A DNA stretch of 64,000 nucleotides, taken from an uncultured Bacillota bacterium (GTDB lineage: Bacteria; Bacillota; Clostridia; Christensenellales; UBA1242). Below the pieces are notes generated by a model. It was not told the origin of the DNA. It did not search any database and saw only the letters and a list, made by a program, of their open reading frames with translations. The stretch's first letter is position 1. Every line of letters starts with the position of its first letter. This document shows, one piece after another, positions 1 through 8,295 of the stretch. The DNA is taken from positions 8,756 to 72,755 of the forward strand of contig UQVQ01000002.1 in NCBI GenBank assembly GCA_900544595.1, written 5' to 3'. Position numbers and translations under genes: made by a program.

Positions 1-981
1 ATGATAAATTATGTCCTTCCCCGCCTCATAGTGTTCGGCAATAACATAAACATTCCCATCAAAATCAACTGCATACCAGTGCGCCGAAAGCGGATTGTTA
101 AGTCCGGGGTCAATTGAAATTTTATCAAACCATTCTTTTGGAACATCAAACGGCTCGACAACATGAATTTGAGGGTCAAATTCTGGATACACAAGTCCCC
201 CAAAACTCTTAAATTTTCCATAGCATCTGCTTTCAAGTTCTTCTTCGCTCATGCTTGATTTAAGGCTTTTAATTTCGTCTTCGTCAAGATATGGGTTATC
301 ATCCCAGTTCATTGAAATTGACCAAACTTCATCGTCGCCGCCTTCGTTTAAATAAATTTCGTTATAAACCCAAGTTAACCCTTTAAGCGGCGTCATAGTT
401 CCAAAAATTTCTCCTTTTCTGTCGATAACGCGCATTTTGCATTCCCGATAAATTTCTTCAGGCGGTTCTTCGTCGAACCAAACAAAGTCAAGCGAAGTTC
501 CTTGGAATTTTTCGCGTCCTTGGTCGCAACTTTTAAATCCAATTTTGCTTGTTCCGCCAAAAATATTTTTAACAAGAATGTAGTCAACAAATCCGTTTTG
601 AGGAAAATCTTTGCTCCCTGTTTCCATAACAATTTCTTCAACCCAATCTGGCTTTAAATAATGGAAAATTTTGCTTTGCGCAACGTCGCGTTGAACTTGT
701 TTTGAAAGCGAAACAACCCAAAGTGAAACATCTTTTTTGTTTGGACGAAAAGGATGAATTCCTCTTGCAAGCCAAACACTTTCAACCGCCCCACACTCGG
801 TTTTGCCGCTTCTGTTTCCTCCAAAAACCCACCTGTTTCGCTTTAAGCATTTGTGAAACTCAAGTTGTTTAAGGTGTTTTTTTTCGCCGGCATTATATTT
901 TTCAAGCGCGCAACATTTATTTCTTTTTTCAATTTCATTTTCAATTTCATAAATTGCTTCGTAAATTTTTTGTTTTTTCAT
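1..981 (-). CDS. phage terminase large subunit-like protein (N-terminal 327 codons; the ORF runs off the left edge, so it is absent from the ORF track)
   Basis: My own minus-strand translation from the ATG at 981, which has a GAGGG SD just upstream. It reads MKKQKIYEAIYEIENEIEKRNKCCALEKYNAGEKKHLKQLEFHKCLKRNRWVFGGNRSGKTECGAVESVWLARGIHPF...SLDFVWFDEEPPEEIY...GTMTPLKGLTWVY. There is no stop down to position 1. The Walker A (GGNRSGKT) and Walker B-like (DFVWFDEE) motifs fit a TerL ATPase domain. Confidence 0.8.
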   Translation of the reverse strand, partial: MKKQKIYEAIYEIENEIEKRNKCCALEKYNAGEKKHLKQLEFHKCLKRNRWVFGGNRSGKTECGAVESVWLARGIHPFRPNKKDVSLWVVSLSKQVQRDVAQSKIFHYLKPDWVEEIVMETGSKDFPQNGFVDYILVKNIFGGTSKIGFKSCDQGREKFQGTSLDFVWFDEEPPEEIYRECKMRVIDRKGEIFGTMTPLKGLTWVYNEIYLNEGGDDEVWSISMNWDDNPYLDEDEIKSLKSSMSEEELESRCYGKFKSFGGLVYPEFDPQIHVVEPFDVPKEWFDKISIDPGLNNPLSAHWYAVDFDGNVYVIAEHYEAGKDIIYH

Positions 982-1056
982 TTTCCCTCGCATATACAAC
1001 AAAAATCGACCTTTTTCTTCTCGCTTTTTCTCTGGCGTAATTGTTAAAATTTAAGT

Positions 1057-1905
1057 ATGCAAAGAAAAAATTGTCTTATTTGTTTAGTTGTTTTTTCGCT
1101 TATGCTTTTGCTATCTTTTTTCTCATTTCCAACTATAAGCCAAGTTCATGCCGAAGAACCATATTTTGCAAAAGCAATTTCGAAAACGGTTAAGCTATAT
1201 CGTTCAACAAGTGGAAGCGAGGATTTCACGAATGTGTATTTCACAATTCCTCAAAGTTACTATGTTGAAATTGACAAATGCGACAACAATCTCTTTTTCT
1301 CCGCACGATACATTGATGTTTATGGATATGTTAAAAAAACAGATGTCCAATGCGTAAGCGGAATTCCAGAAGCCCCTTTTGCAAACGCAACATTTCGCGT
1401 TTTTGTTCCGGGCGGAATTGAGCTTCGCTCCTCCCCAACTCAATCGCAAGGATTAAACACAATTGAACAAATTGGCTATCTTGAAACAAGTTTAAAATTC
1501 TATGGCGAAATTGAAGGCGAAGAGGCAATAACAAATCGAACCTCAACATGGTTTTTTTGCAAATATATTAAAAGCGGAAAAGAATCTTTTGGCTATGTCT
1601 ATAACGCCTTTTGCGATTCCTTAACAGAAATTCCAGCAAACACCGAACCCCTTGAGTATATCAACGAGCCAAATTTCACAGTTAGCGCCTCAACAACTCC
1701 AGCCGACGGCGACGCAATGGGCTCGCTTCCTTCCGTAACTCAAATAATAATCATTGTTGCGGTTTGTTTGCCGTGCCTTATTATAATTTATCTTCTCTTT
1801 CGACCAACAAAAATCACGGCGCGCGCAATGGAAGAAGCAGACTTAAAACCTCGAAAAAAACGTAAGAAAATACACCATCAAGATTATTATGAATATGACG
1901 AATGA
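1057..1905 (+). CDS. secreted, C-terminally membrane-anchored protein of unknown function (possible SH3b-like repeats)
   Basis: 282-aa ORF with an N-terminal signal peptide (LLLSFFSFPTISQVHA). A hydrophobic segment (IIIIVAVCLPCLIIIYLLF) lies near the C-terminus and is followed by a basic tail. It ends in TGA. Confidence 0.6.
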   Translation: MQRKNCLICLVVFSLMLLLSFFSFPTISQVHAEEPYFAKAISKTVKLYRSTSGSEDFTNVYFTIPQSYYVEIDKCDNNLFFSARYIDVYGYVKKTDVQCVSGIPEAPFANATFRVFVPGGIELRSSPTQSQGLNTIEQIGYLETSLKFYGEIEGEEAITNRTSTWFFCKYIKSGKESFGYVYNAFCDSLTEIPANTEPLEYINEPNFTVSASTTPADGDAMGSLPSVTQIIIIVAVCLPCLIIIYLLFRPTKITARAMEEADLKPRKKRKKIHHQDYYEYDE

Positions 1906-2456
1906 GCCGCTTTTGAAATTGCGGAAACAATACCTTTTAAGAAACTAACATCAATTGTTGATATTTCACTCTGTTTGGGATTTTCAAAAAACTCCAAATT
2001 TTTGTTATAAACTTCCATAATCCAGCCTTCGCAAGCATATTTTTGCTCAAAAAAACTAGAAGAAAAACCATTTGCCAAAAGCCAACTTTCAATCTTTTCA
2101 TAAGCCAAATTAAGCCTGCGAAAATATGTTCTGTTGCTAAGACCCAAAAGCGAAGCAATTTCGTTGCTTTGTTTTCCGTCAATATGTTTTAAAATCAAAA
2201 TTTTGGCAGAAGTTTTGTCAATTCCTTTAAGCGATTTAACGCAAATTGTGTTTAAATTTATTAAATTGATTTTAGATTGTGAAAGATTTATTATATATTT
2301 GCTAATGCGCTCACAGCTTTGCTCCATCAAGTTTTTTGATGTCACAAATGCTGAAGAAACAGCTTTTTTTAAAATAATTTTATCCAAGGCTCTTGTAACC
2401 CTATCAAGATGTCTTTGAACTGTTAACATTGTTTTTGCCCAAATTTTTAATTCCAT
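1887..2456 (-). CDS. sigma-70 region-4-like HTH regulator (phage late-gene activator-like)
   Basis: The ORF-track frame is trimmed to the ATG at 2456 (MELKIWAKT...), which follows a GGGGAG SD. The HTH segment SNEIASLLGLSNRTYFRRLNLAYEKI resembles sigma region 4 / ArpU-RinA type phage regulators. It lies upstream of the terminase gene. Confidence 0.55.
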   Translation of the reverse strand: MELKIWAKTMLTVQRHLDRVTRALDKIILKKAVSSAFVTSKNLMEQSCERISKYIINLSQSKINLINLNTICVKSLKGIDKTSAKILILKHIDGKQSNEIASLLGLSNRTYFRRLNLAYEKIESWLLANGFSSSFFEQKYACEGWIMEVYNKNLEFFENPKQSEISTIDVSFLKGIVSAISKAAHSSYS

Positions 2457-2659
2457 AATTCTCCCCTTGCTATGTAATAAAGCTTGCCTATTAAAATTTT
2501 TAATAGACACGAAAACATTATCTAAAGTTAACGGCAAACAGCCCGAAGGGATATTTACCAGCAACTGACGATAATCCAATCTGTGAGGCTGCAATTTATT
2601 GCAGATGTTGCTGCCAAGCAACTTGGATTGTTGCAAAGCAACAAGCCAACATCACTTAG

Positions 2660-2689
2660 ATTATAAAAATCGCGCTTTAACATTGTCAA
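2660..2689 (-). promoter_or_regulatory. sigma-A-type promoter for the HTH regulator
   Basis: On the minus strand: TTGACA (2689-2684), an 18-nt spacer, then TATAAT (2665-2660). This implies a leader of about 195 nt before the ATG at 2456. Confidence 0.5.
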
Positions 2690-2967
2690 CAATGGCTGCC
2701 ATTTATTTTACTAATTTTTGTAAAGAAATCAAAATTATTTTTGTATTTTTTTACAATATTCGACTTTTTTCTTTCTCTTTCACCAATTTTCGCACCATTT
2801 TTAACAAAATTTAATCCATTTTTGCTCAAAAATCATATAAGCAAATTTTCAAATTATCTTTTTAAACCAATTTTGCAAATGCAATTGTTATCAATTTTTA
2901 ATATCAAAACACTTTTTCAACACTGTGTTTTTGTCAATATTTGAATAACACGCGGCAAAAATTCAAT

Positions 2968-2990
2968 AAAAAACTCCCATTAAGGGAGTT
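2968..2990 (-). terminator. intrinsic terminator of dnaB
   Basis: Hairpin AACTCCC/GGGAGTT followed by a T-run on the minus strand, 16 nt past the dnaB stop. Confidence 0.7.
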
Positions 2991-3005
2991 CTACATTTTT
3001 TAATT

Positions 3006-4448
3006 CTATTCAAACAAGTCTTTAATTTCTTCAAGTTCTTTTTCGTCAATAACAGGCTCTGCTTTAATTTCTTCGTCTGTTTTCGCAACAACTGTTTTTG
3101 GTTTTAGAGGTTGTTGCCCTTTTTTATAATCCGAAAAACTTGTTGTTTCGCCAATCCAGCGCAATTTAACAGTTCCTTGGCGCCCGTTTCTGTGCTTTGC
3201 AACAATAAGTTCTGCAACATCACTTTCTTCCGTAACAACATCGTTATACATATCTGGCTTATATATAAACATAACAATATCAGCATCTTGCTCAATTGAA
3301 CCGCTGTCACGAAGGTCGGAAAGAACAGGTCGATGGTCGCCTTTTCTTTGCTCAACAGCACGCGAAAGTTGCGAAAGAAGGATAATTGGAACATTAAGTT
3401 CCCTTGCGGCAATTTTAAGAGTTCTTGTTATTTCCCCAACTTCCAAAACCTTGTTATCGAAAGTTGAATTTTTGTCTGCTTTCATAAGTTGAAGATAGTC
3501 AATCATAACAAGGTCAAGCCCGCGCTCTCTCTTAATTCTTCTGCACTTTGAAAGTATGTCGTTAGGGTCGTTAATACTTGAATCGTCAATGAAAATGTTT
3601 GCTTCCGAAAGTTTACGGCTTGCTTTAATCATTGCTGTCCATTCGTCAACAGAAAGTTGCCCTTTAAGAGCCTTTTCCATACTAACGCCAGCAACCGAGC
3701 ACATAGATCTTTGCGCAATTTGTGTTTTTGGCATTTCAAGAGAGAAAATTGCACAATTTTTCTTTCCGTCAACCGCAGCATTTGTAACAATGTTCATGGC
3801 AAGAGATGTTTTTCCAACGCCAGGACGAGCAGCAAGCAAAATAAGATCGGAATTTTGAAGCCCGTTTGTTATAGCGTCCAAATCCGTGAACCCAGTTGAA
3901 AGCCCGCGAAGAGAATTTGGATCTTTTGCAATTTGATTAAGTTTTTCAATAACCTCTTTTAAAGCGCCTTCAATATGTTCAAGCGACGAAACATCTTGAT
4001 TTTCTGCAATATCGAAAATTTCTTTTTCGGCAAATTTAAGCGCTGCTTTGTCATCGGTTGCATCATAAGCAGTTTCAATAATTTTTTGTCCGCTTGAAAT
4101 AAGTTTTCTAAAAAGCGAATCGCGCTTAACAATGTCAACATAATATTTAAAGTTTGCAGCCGAAGGAACAGCATTTGTTAATGTTGTCACATATTCAATT
4201 CCTCCAACATTTTCAAGTTCGCCATTTTTATCAAGTAAATCGGTTAAAGTAACAAAGTCAATTGGTTTATTTGCTCTGTAAAGTTCTTGCATTCTTTCGT
4301 AAATTTTTTTGTTAACAGCGGAATAGAAATCGTCGCCTGTTAGCGCCGAAAAAATTGTAAGTGGAGCCTCATTATCAATAAGCATTGCTCCAAGAACCGA
4401 TTGTTCTGCTTCAATGCTATGTGGCATAGTTTTAAATTTCTCGCTCAT
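3006..4448 (-). CDS. dnaB: replicative DNA helicase DnaB
   Basis: N-terminal PHSIEAEQSVLGAML, Walker A ARPGVGKTS, and LVMIDYLQLM. The start is set at MSEKFK, behind an AGGAGG SD. The C-terminal extension is unusually acidic. Confidence 0.95.
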   Translation of the reverse strand: MSEKFKTMPHSIEAEQSVLGAMLIDNEAPLTIFSALTGDDFYSAVNKKIYERMQELYRANKPIDFVTLTDLLDKNGELENVGGIEYVTTLTNAVPSAANFKYYVDIVKRDSLFRKLISSGQKIIETAYDATDDKAALKFAEKEIFDIAENQDVSSLEHIEGALKEVIEKLNQIAKDPNSLRGLSTGFTDLDAITNGLQNSDLILLAARPGVGKTSLAMNIVTNAAVDGKKNCAIFSLEMPKTQIAQRSMCSVAGVSMEKALKGQLSVDEWTAMIKASRKLSEANIFIDDSSINDPNDILSKCRRIKRERGLDLVMIDYLQLMKADKNSTFDNKVLEVGEITRTLKIAARELNVPIILLSQLSRAVEQRKGDHRPVLSDLRDSGSIEQDADIVMFIYKPDMYNDVVTEESDVAELIVAKHRNGRQGTVKLRWIGETTSFSDYKKGQQPLKPKTVVAKTDEEIKAEPVIDEKELEEIKDLFE

Positions 4449-4458
4449 TTTCTTCCTC

Positions 4459-4740
4459 CTAGTCTGCAAATGGGTCGCGTCGTTTTGGCCTTGAAGCCTC
4501 GCGTTTTTGAACTGCCTTATTAACTAAAAAGAAAACAAGTTCAACAATTCCAATAATCGCACCCCAGCAAACAACTGTTAAAAACAATTGAAGACCAACA
4601 GAAAGTTTGAGCCAATAGAAAAGATATGCAAACGCAACACCAAAAGGAATTGACGCAAACATTTCAATCATTCTTCTTTTTGCATCTTTCTTAAATTTTC
4701 GTTTTTCTTTTCTGTCAATCACACGCGAATTATAACACAA
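4459..4740 (-). CDS. small two-TM membrane protein
   Basis: 93-aa ORF with two hydrophobic helices. It stops 10 nt before the dnaB start. The listed start is TTG; an internal ATG at 4671 is an alternative. Confidence 0.5.
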   Translation of the reverse strand: MCYNSRVIDRKEKRKFKKDAKRRMIEMFASIPFGVAFAYLFYWLKLSVGLQLFLTVVCWGAIIGIVELVFFLVNKAVQKREASRPKRRDPFAD

Positions 4741-4762
4741 AAAAAGCGAAAGTCAAATTAAA

Positions 4763-5653
4763 TTAACCTTCGCCGTTTGTTGGAATTTCAAATTTAGTTG
4801 TTGAATCGTCTTTTTCTGGTTCAATTTTATCATTTTTTGGCCGTTTAAAATAGATAACAATAAGATAGATGGCAACGAAAATAAAGGCAATTGCAAGGCA
4901 AATTAAATAGTATATAAGCCTGTTTGCTTGAACAACATAAAACTCAAATTCAGGTTCGGCATAGTCGCTGTTTGAATAGAAACAATAAATCGTTCCGCCT
5001 GCAATTTCCATTGTTTCATTCGCGTTTTTCGCGCGCAATTTAACATTTTGCGTTACAAACATATAATAGAATTCAATATTTGGAATTTTATTCACGGTTT
5101 CCTCGCCAAGGGTTCTAAGCGCCGATTTTGCGCCCGTTTCAAAATATTCTTCCAAACTTGTTGTTATTATGTTGTTTTTTGTTTTTGAGAAAACGCCCTT
5201 AAATTTTTCTGTTGTAACAGTTTTAAATGTTGTTGCGTCGTTTTCTGCGCCGGAATATTCCGCGCTTCGAATGAAAATTCTTGAAGATGCCTTGGAAGCA
5301 AATCGAAGCTCAATTGCAAAAGCCCCATCATTCCAATTCATATAGGAACTTAAATGATTTTTGTAAATTATTTTTTCGTTTTCAGTTATAAATCCTTGCT
5401 CTTTAAAACTGGTTAATGCCGCGTAGTAACGCAAAATTATGTCATCAAGATAGTCGCTTGCAAGACCCTCCACTTTATTTTTCAAAACCGCTTGCTCGCT
5501 TTCCGTAAGAGCTCCATATCCGCTTGAAAAATCTGCAACAAAATAATATGACGAGAAATTTGTGTTAACAGCCGAAAGCTCAACTGCCGATGTGCAACCC
5601 GCAAGCGAAAAGCCAAAAAGCATTATAAACATTAAAACAAAAATCTTTTTCAT
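4763..5653 (-). CDS. lipoprotein with an additional C-terminal TM segment, unknown function
   Basis: Signal peptide with a lipobox (FSLAGC) and a C-terminal hydrophobic helix. Confidence 0.75.
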   Translation of the reverse strand: MKKIFVLMFIMLFGFSLAGCTSAVELSAVNTNFSSYYFVADFSSGYGALTESEQAVLKNKVEGLASDYLDDIILRYYAALTSFKEQGFITENEKIIYKNHLSSYMNWNDGAFAIELRFASKASSRIFIRSAEYSGAENDATTFKTVTTEKFKGVFSKTKNNIITTSLEEYFETGAKSALRTLGEETVNKIPNIEFYYMFVTQNVKLRAKNANETMEIAGGTIYCFYSNSDYAEPEFEFYVVQANRLIYYLICLAIAFIFVAIYLIVIYFKRPKNDKIEPEKDDSTTKFEIPTNGEG

Positions 5654-5742
5654 ATTTCCTTAAGATAATAACACAAATTTATTATATGACAAAACTTTTC
5701 AATTTAATTCTTGTCAATAAAATTAAGATTTATAATTTTATT

Positions 5743-5773
5743 AAAATAAAAATCGCTCCCAAAAGGGAACGAT
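5743..5773 (-). terminator. intrinsic terminator of the 802-aa gene
   Basis: Hairpin ATCGTTCCC-tttt-GGGAGCGAT followed by TTTTATTTT on the minus strand. Confidence 0.7.
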
Positions 5774-5782
5774 TTTATCTAA

Positions 5783-8191
5783 CTAATTTTTTGGGTTAAC
5801 CCCATTAACTGTTTTATCAAGCGCTTTTTGTTGCTCTTGAAGAAGCCTGTTTTGTTCTTTAAGCCTTTCCTCAATGAGTTTCAAATTTTCGTCGATATTA
5901 ATTTTTTTAGGACGACCGCGTTTACCTGCTGGTTTTGGAGCTTCTTCGGTTTGTTCCTTTCTTGGGCGTCCGCGCTTGCCCGCTGGCTTTGGAGCTTCTT
6001 CGGTTTGCTCTTTTTTTGGACGACCGCGTTTACCCGCTGGCTTTGGAGTTTCTTCGGTTTGCTCTTTTCTTGGGCGTCCGCGCTTGCCCGCTGGCTTTGG
6101 AGTTTCTTCGGTTTGCTCTTTTCTTGGGCGACCGCGTTTGCCTGCTGGTTTTGGAGCTTCTTCGGTTTGCTCCTTTCTTGGGCGACCACGCTTTTTACCT
6201 TCTGGTTTTTCCTCGGTTTTTTGCTCTTCGCTTGCTTCTTCCAAAATTTCTTCATTCGAAGTTTTGTCAGGTTCTTCGTTGTCAAACGCAGCTAAATCTT
6301 CAACTTCTTCAAAAGCTTGTCCTTCAGCTTTTTCTTCTGGTTGTTCTTCGGCTTTTTCTTCAACCGGTTCTTCAACAACGCGTTCTTGAATTTCTTTCTC
6401 CTTTGGTTCAACTTCTTCTGGCTTGCTTTTATCTTCAATTAAAATGCCGTCTTTATCAAAAACTTTTCCAGTTTCGTCGTGATAGTTGCCTTGTGGGTCG
6501 TAATATGAGCCGTTTGGATAGACATAGTTTCCGTTGTCGTCATATTTCCCGCCAAATTCGTCTGCTTTTGGCTCTTCAATCTTAATTTCTTCAACAGGTT
6601 GCTCTTCCGTAATTTCCTGTTTATCTTTTTGTTTTGATTTTTGTTTTGCATTCGCTTTTTCAATTTCTGCAACGTAACTTGAAGAAATAAGTTGAATTTG
6701 TTTATTCTTTTCGTTAAGTTGTTCTTGTTGTGCAATAAGTTTTTCTTGAAGTTCGCGTTTTTCTTTTTCAACGCTTGCTTTAACATATGCTTCACGTTCT
6801 GCTGCTTTATTAACTAAAACTTTGTTTTGCATTTCAAGAGTGTCAATTTGAGTCATTGCTTTTTCAAGTTCGCGAGCAACTTCTTCTCTTGCGCCAATAA
6901 GTTCTTCGCGCTCATCTTTAACGCGTTCATTAACGCTTTCACGAATTTCTTCATAAATTTTGTTAGAGAAGGTTTTGTATTCTGCGAGCATCGATTTTTC
7001 AACGTTAAGTCGACCTTCTTCAAGCTCTTCTTTTCTCTTTGTGATTTCAGCGGTTAAATTGTCGATTGATTGATTGAATTTAAGTTGAGCATCTGTTTGG
7101 TCTTTTTCAATTTGTTGTTGTTTCTTAATTTCGTCTGCTTGTTGTTTTCTAATGTAGTTGCTTTCAATACGGTTAGTTGTTGCCTCTTGTTGCTCTCTTA
7201 AACGCTCTGTGTTTTCCTTGCTTGCTTGAAGTTTCTTTTGATAGTCTTTGCTTGTGTTTTCAAAACTACGTTTAAGGCTGTCCATTTCTTTTTCAAATTG
7301 GTCAATTTCTGTGTTCAAACGATTGCGCATACTAACAAAAATTTCTGTTTCTTTCATGGCGCGTTCCAAAACAAGTTCGCCTTTCTCGCCCGCTTCTTCA
7401 AAATTATATGCCTCATGTTGAATTGCATTTTCTCTTGCCTTTTTCATCTCTTCTTGTTCTTGAAGTTGGCGTTTTTCAATGTATTCGTTCAAAACAGGAA
7501 TTCCACGTTTAATTTCTTTTGCAGTGAACAAAACTTCAAAGTCTACATAACTTGGCATTGTTGAAACTGCTTTATCAATAAATCTATTAAAAATGTGGAA
7601 AGTTTGATAGAGTTCGCTTGTGTTTCCTGCTTTTCTAATGTCCAAAGCGATAACAAAAATGTAGTTCAAGAGCAAAACCATTGCTGGAATTGCAAAAATC
7701 ATAATGTAAACACCTGTTCCAATGTCTGTTTGGCTTGATGCAAAACCGCATGCAAAGATGAACGAAAGAATTGCATAGATATAACTTAAAGCCTTTGCAA
7801 CCTTAATGTTCGCCGAAAGCGCGCTGCTTTTAAGCGGTCTGTCAATGCAGTTAACAACCGACATATATTCGCTTGGTGCTTTATCTCTGTTAAGCATATA
7901 TTGTTGCCAATGATATCTTAAAGTTTTTGGCACCCTTTTCATCATGTTGTTAAACTCAATTAAATTGCTTTCGTTTATATATTGAACTTCGTATAAATAA
8001 GCATTGATTTTATCAACCGCACGAGTTAAGCGCATTTCATAAACATTATGCGCAACGATTGAGAAAACAATGATTGTTAAAACTTCAAGTCCAACAAATA
8101 TGTATAATAAGTATTCAAGCGAAAAATTTGTTTTAATTGTTTCGAAGAAATTTATTACACTTTGAAAAATATCAACGTTTAATAACTTCAT
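5783..8191 (-). CDS. membrane-anchored coiled-coil protein with six C-terminal AT-hook repeats
   Basis: Three N-terminal TM helices are followed by about 300 aa of heptad-rich E/K/Q sequence and an acidic spacer. Then come six copies of KRGRP(R/K)KEQTEE(A/T)PKPAG and a short terminal coiled coil. The gene has its own promoter region and its own terminator. Confidence 0.85.
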   Translation of the reverse strand: MKLLNVDIFQSVINFFETIKTNFSLEYLLYIFVGLEVLTIIVFSIVAHNVYEMRLTRAVDKINAYLYEVQYINESNLIEFNNMMKRVPKTLRYHWQQYMLNRDKAPSEYMSVVNCIDRPLKSSALSANIKVAKALSYIYAILSFIFACGFASSQTDIGTGVYIMIFAIPAMVLLLNYIFVIALDIRKAGNTSELYQTFHIFNRFIDKAVSTMPSYVDFEVLFTAKEIKRGIPVLNEYIEKRQLQEQEEMKKARENAIQHEAYNFEEAGEKGELVLERAMKETEIFVSMRNRLNTEIDQFEKEMDSLKRSFENTSKDYQKKLQASKENTERLREQQEATTNRIESNYIRKQQADEIKKQQQIEKDQTDAQLKFNQSIDNLTAEITKRKEELEEGRLNVEKSMLAEYKTFSNKIYEEIRESVNERVKDEREELIGAREEVARELEKAMTQIDTLEMQNKVLVNKAAEREAYVKASVEKEKRELQEKLIAQQEQLNEKNKQIQLISSSYVAEIEKANAKQKSKQKDKQEITEEQPVEEIKIEEPKADEFGGKYDDNGNYVYPNGSYYDPQGNYHDETGKVFDKDGILIEDKSKPEEVEPKEKEIQERVVEEPVEEKAEEQPEEKAEGQAFEEVEDLAAFDNEEPDKTSNEEILEEASEEQKTEEKPEGKKRGRPRKEQTEEAPKPAGKRGRPRKEQTEETPKPAGKRGRPRKEQTEETPKPAGKRGRPKKEQTEEAPKPAGKRGRPRKEQTEEAPKPAGKRGRPKKINIDENLKLIEERLKEQNRLLQEQQKALDKTVNGVNPKN
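5910..6205. repeat. 54-bp tandem repeat, about 5.5 units (encodes the AT-hook array)
   Basis: Units such as ggacgaccgcgtttacctgctggttttggagcttcttcggtttgttcctttctt recur with a few substitutions. Confidence 0.95.
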
Positions 8192-8295
8192 TATTTTTTA
8201 ACCTCCATGTTAAATTCGAAATTAGTATAACACATAAAAAAATTATTAACTAATATTTTTTCAATATTTTTTAATAATTTTTCAATATTTTTTTA

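Noticed and set aside
9-1047. Track ORFs 9-236(-), 393-641(-) and 853-1047(+) in the first kilobase
   Set aside because: They are out-of-frame or antisense shadows of the 327-codon terminase ORF that runs off the window edge. Their sequences are low-complexity and they have no SD.
1887-2636. The full 249-aa version of the regulator ORF
   Set aside because: The first 60 codons overlie a promoter and a structured leader and contain no SD. The ATG at 2456 has a GGGGAG SD and starts the recognisable protein.
5828-6585. Long plus-strand ORFs (155, 171 and 216 aa) and a second minus-frame ORF over the AT-hook repeats
   Set aside because: They are repeat-generated open frames antisense to, or out of frame with, a clearly coding gene. 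Their periodic nonsense sequence mirrors the 54-bp unit.
5783-8191. Calling the 802-aa protein a Zorya ZorA homologue
   Set aside because: Only the topology, one short TM3 motif (FAIPAM) and the long tail are similar. No ZorB/MotB-like partner and no ZorC/D genes are adjacent, and the gene is monocistronic. This is kept only as a hypothesis inside the finding.
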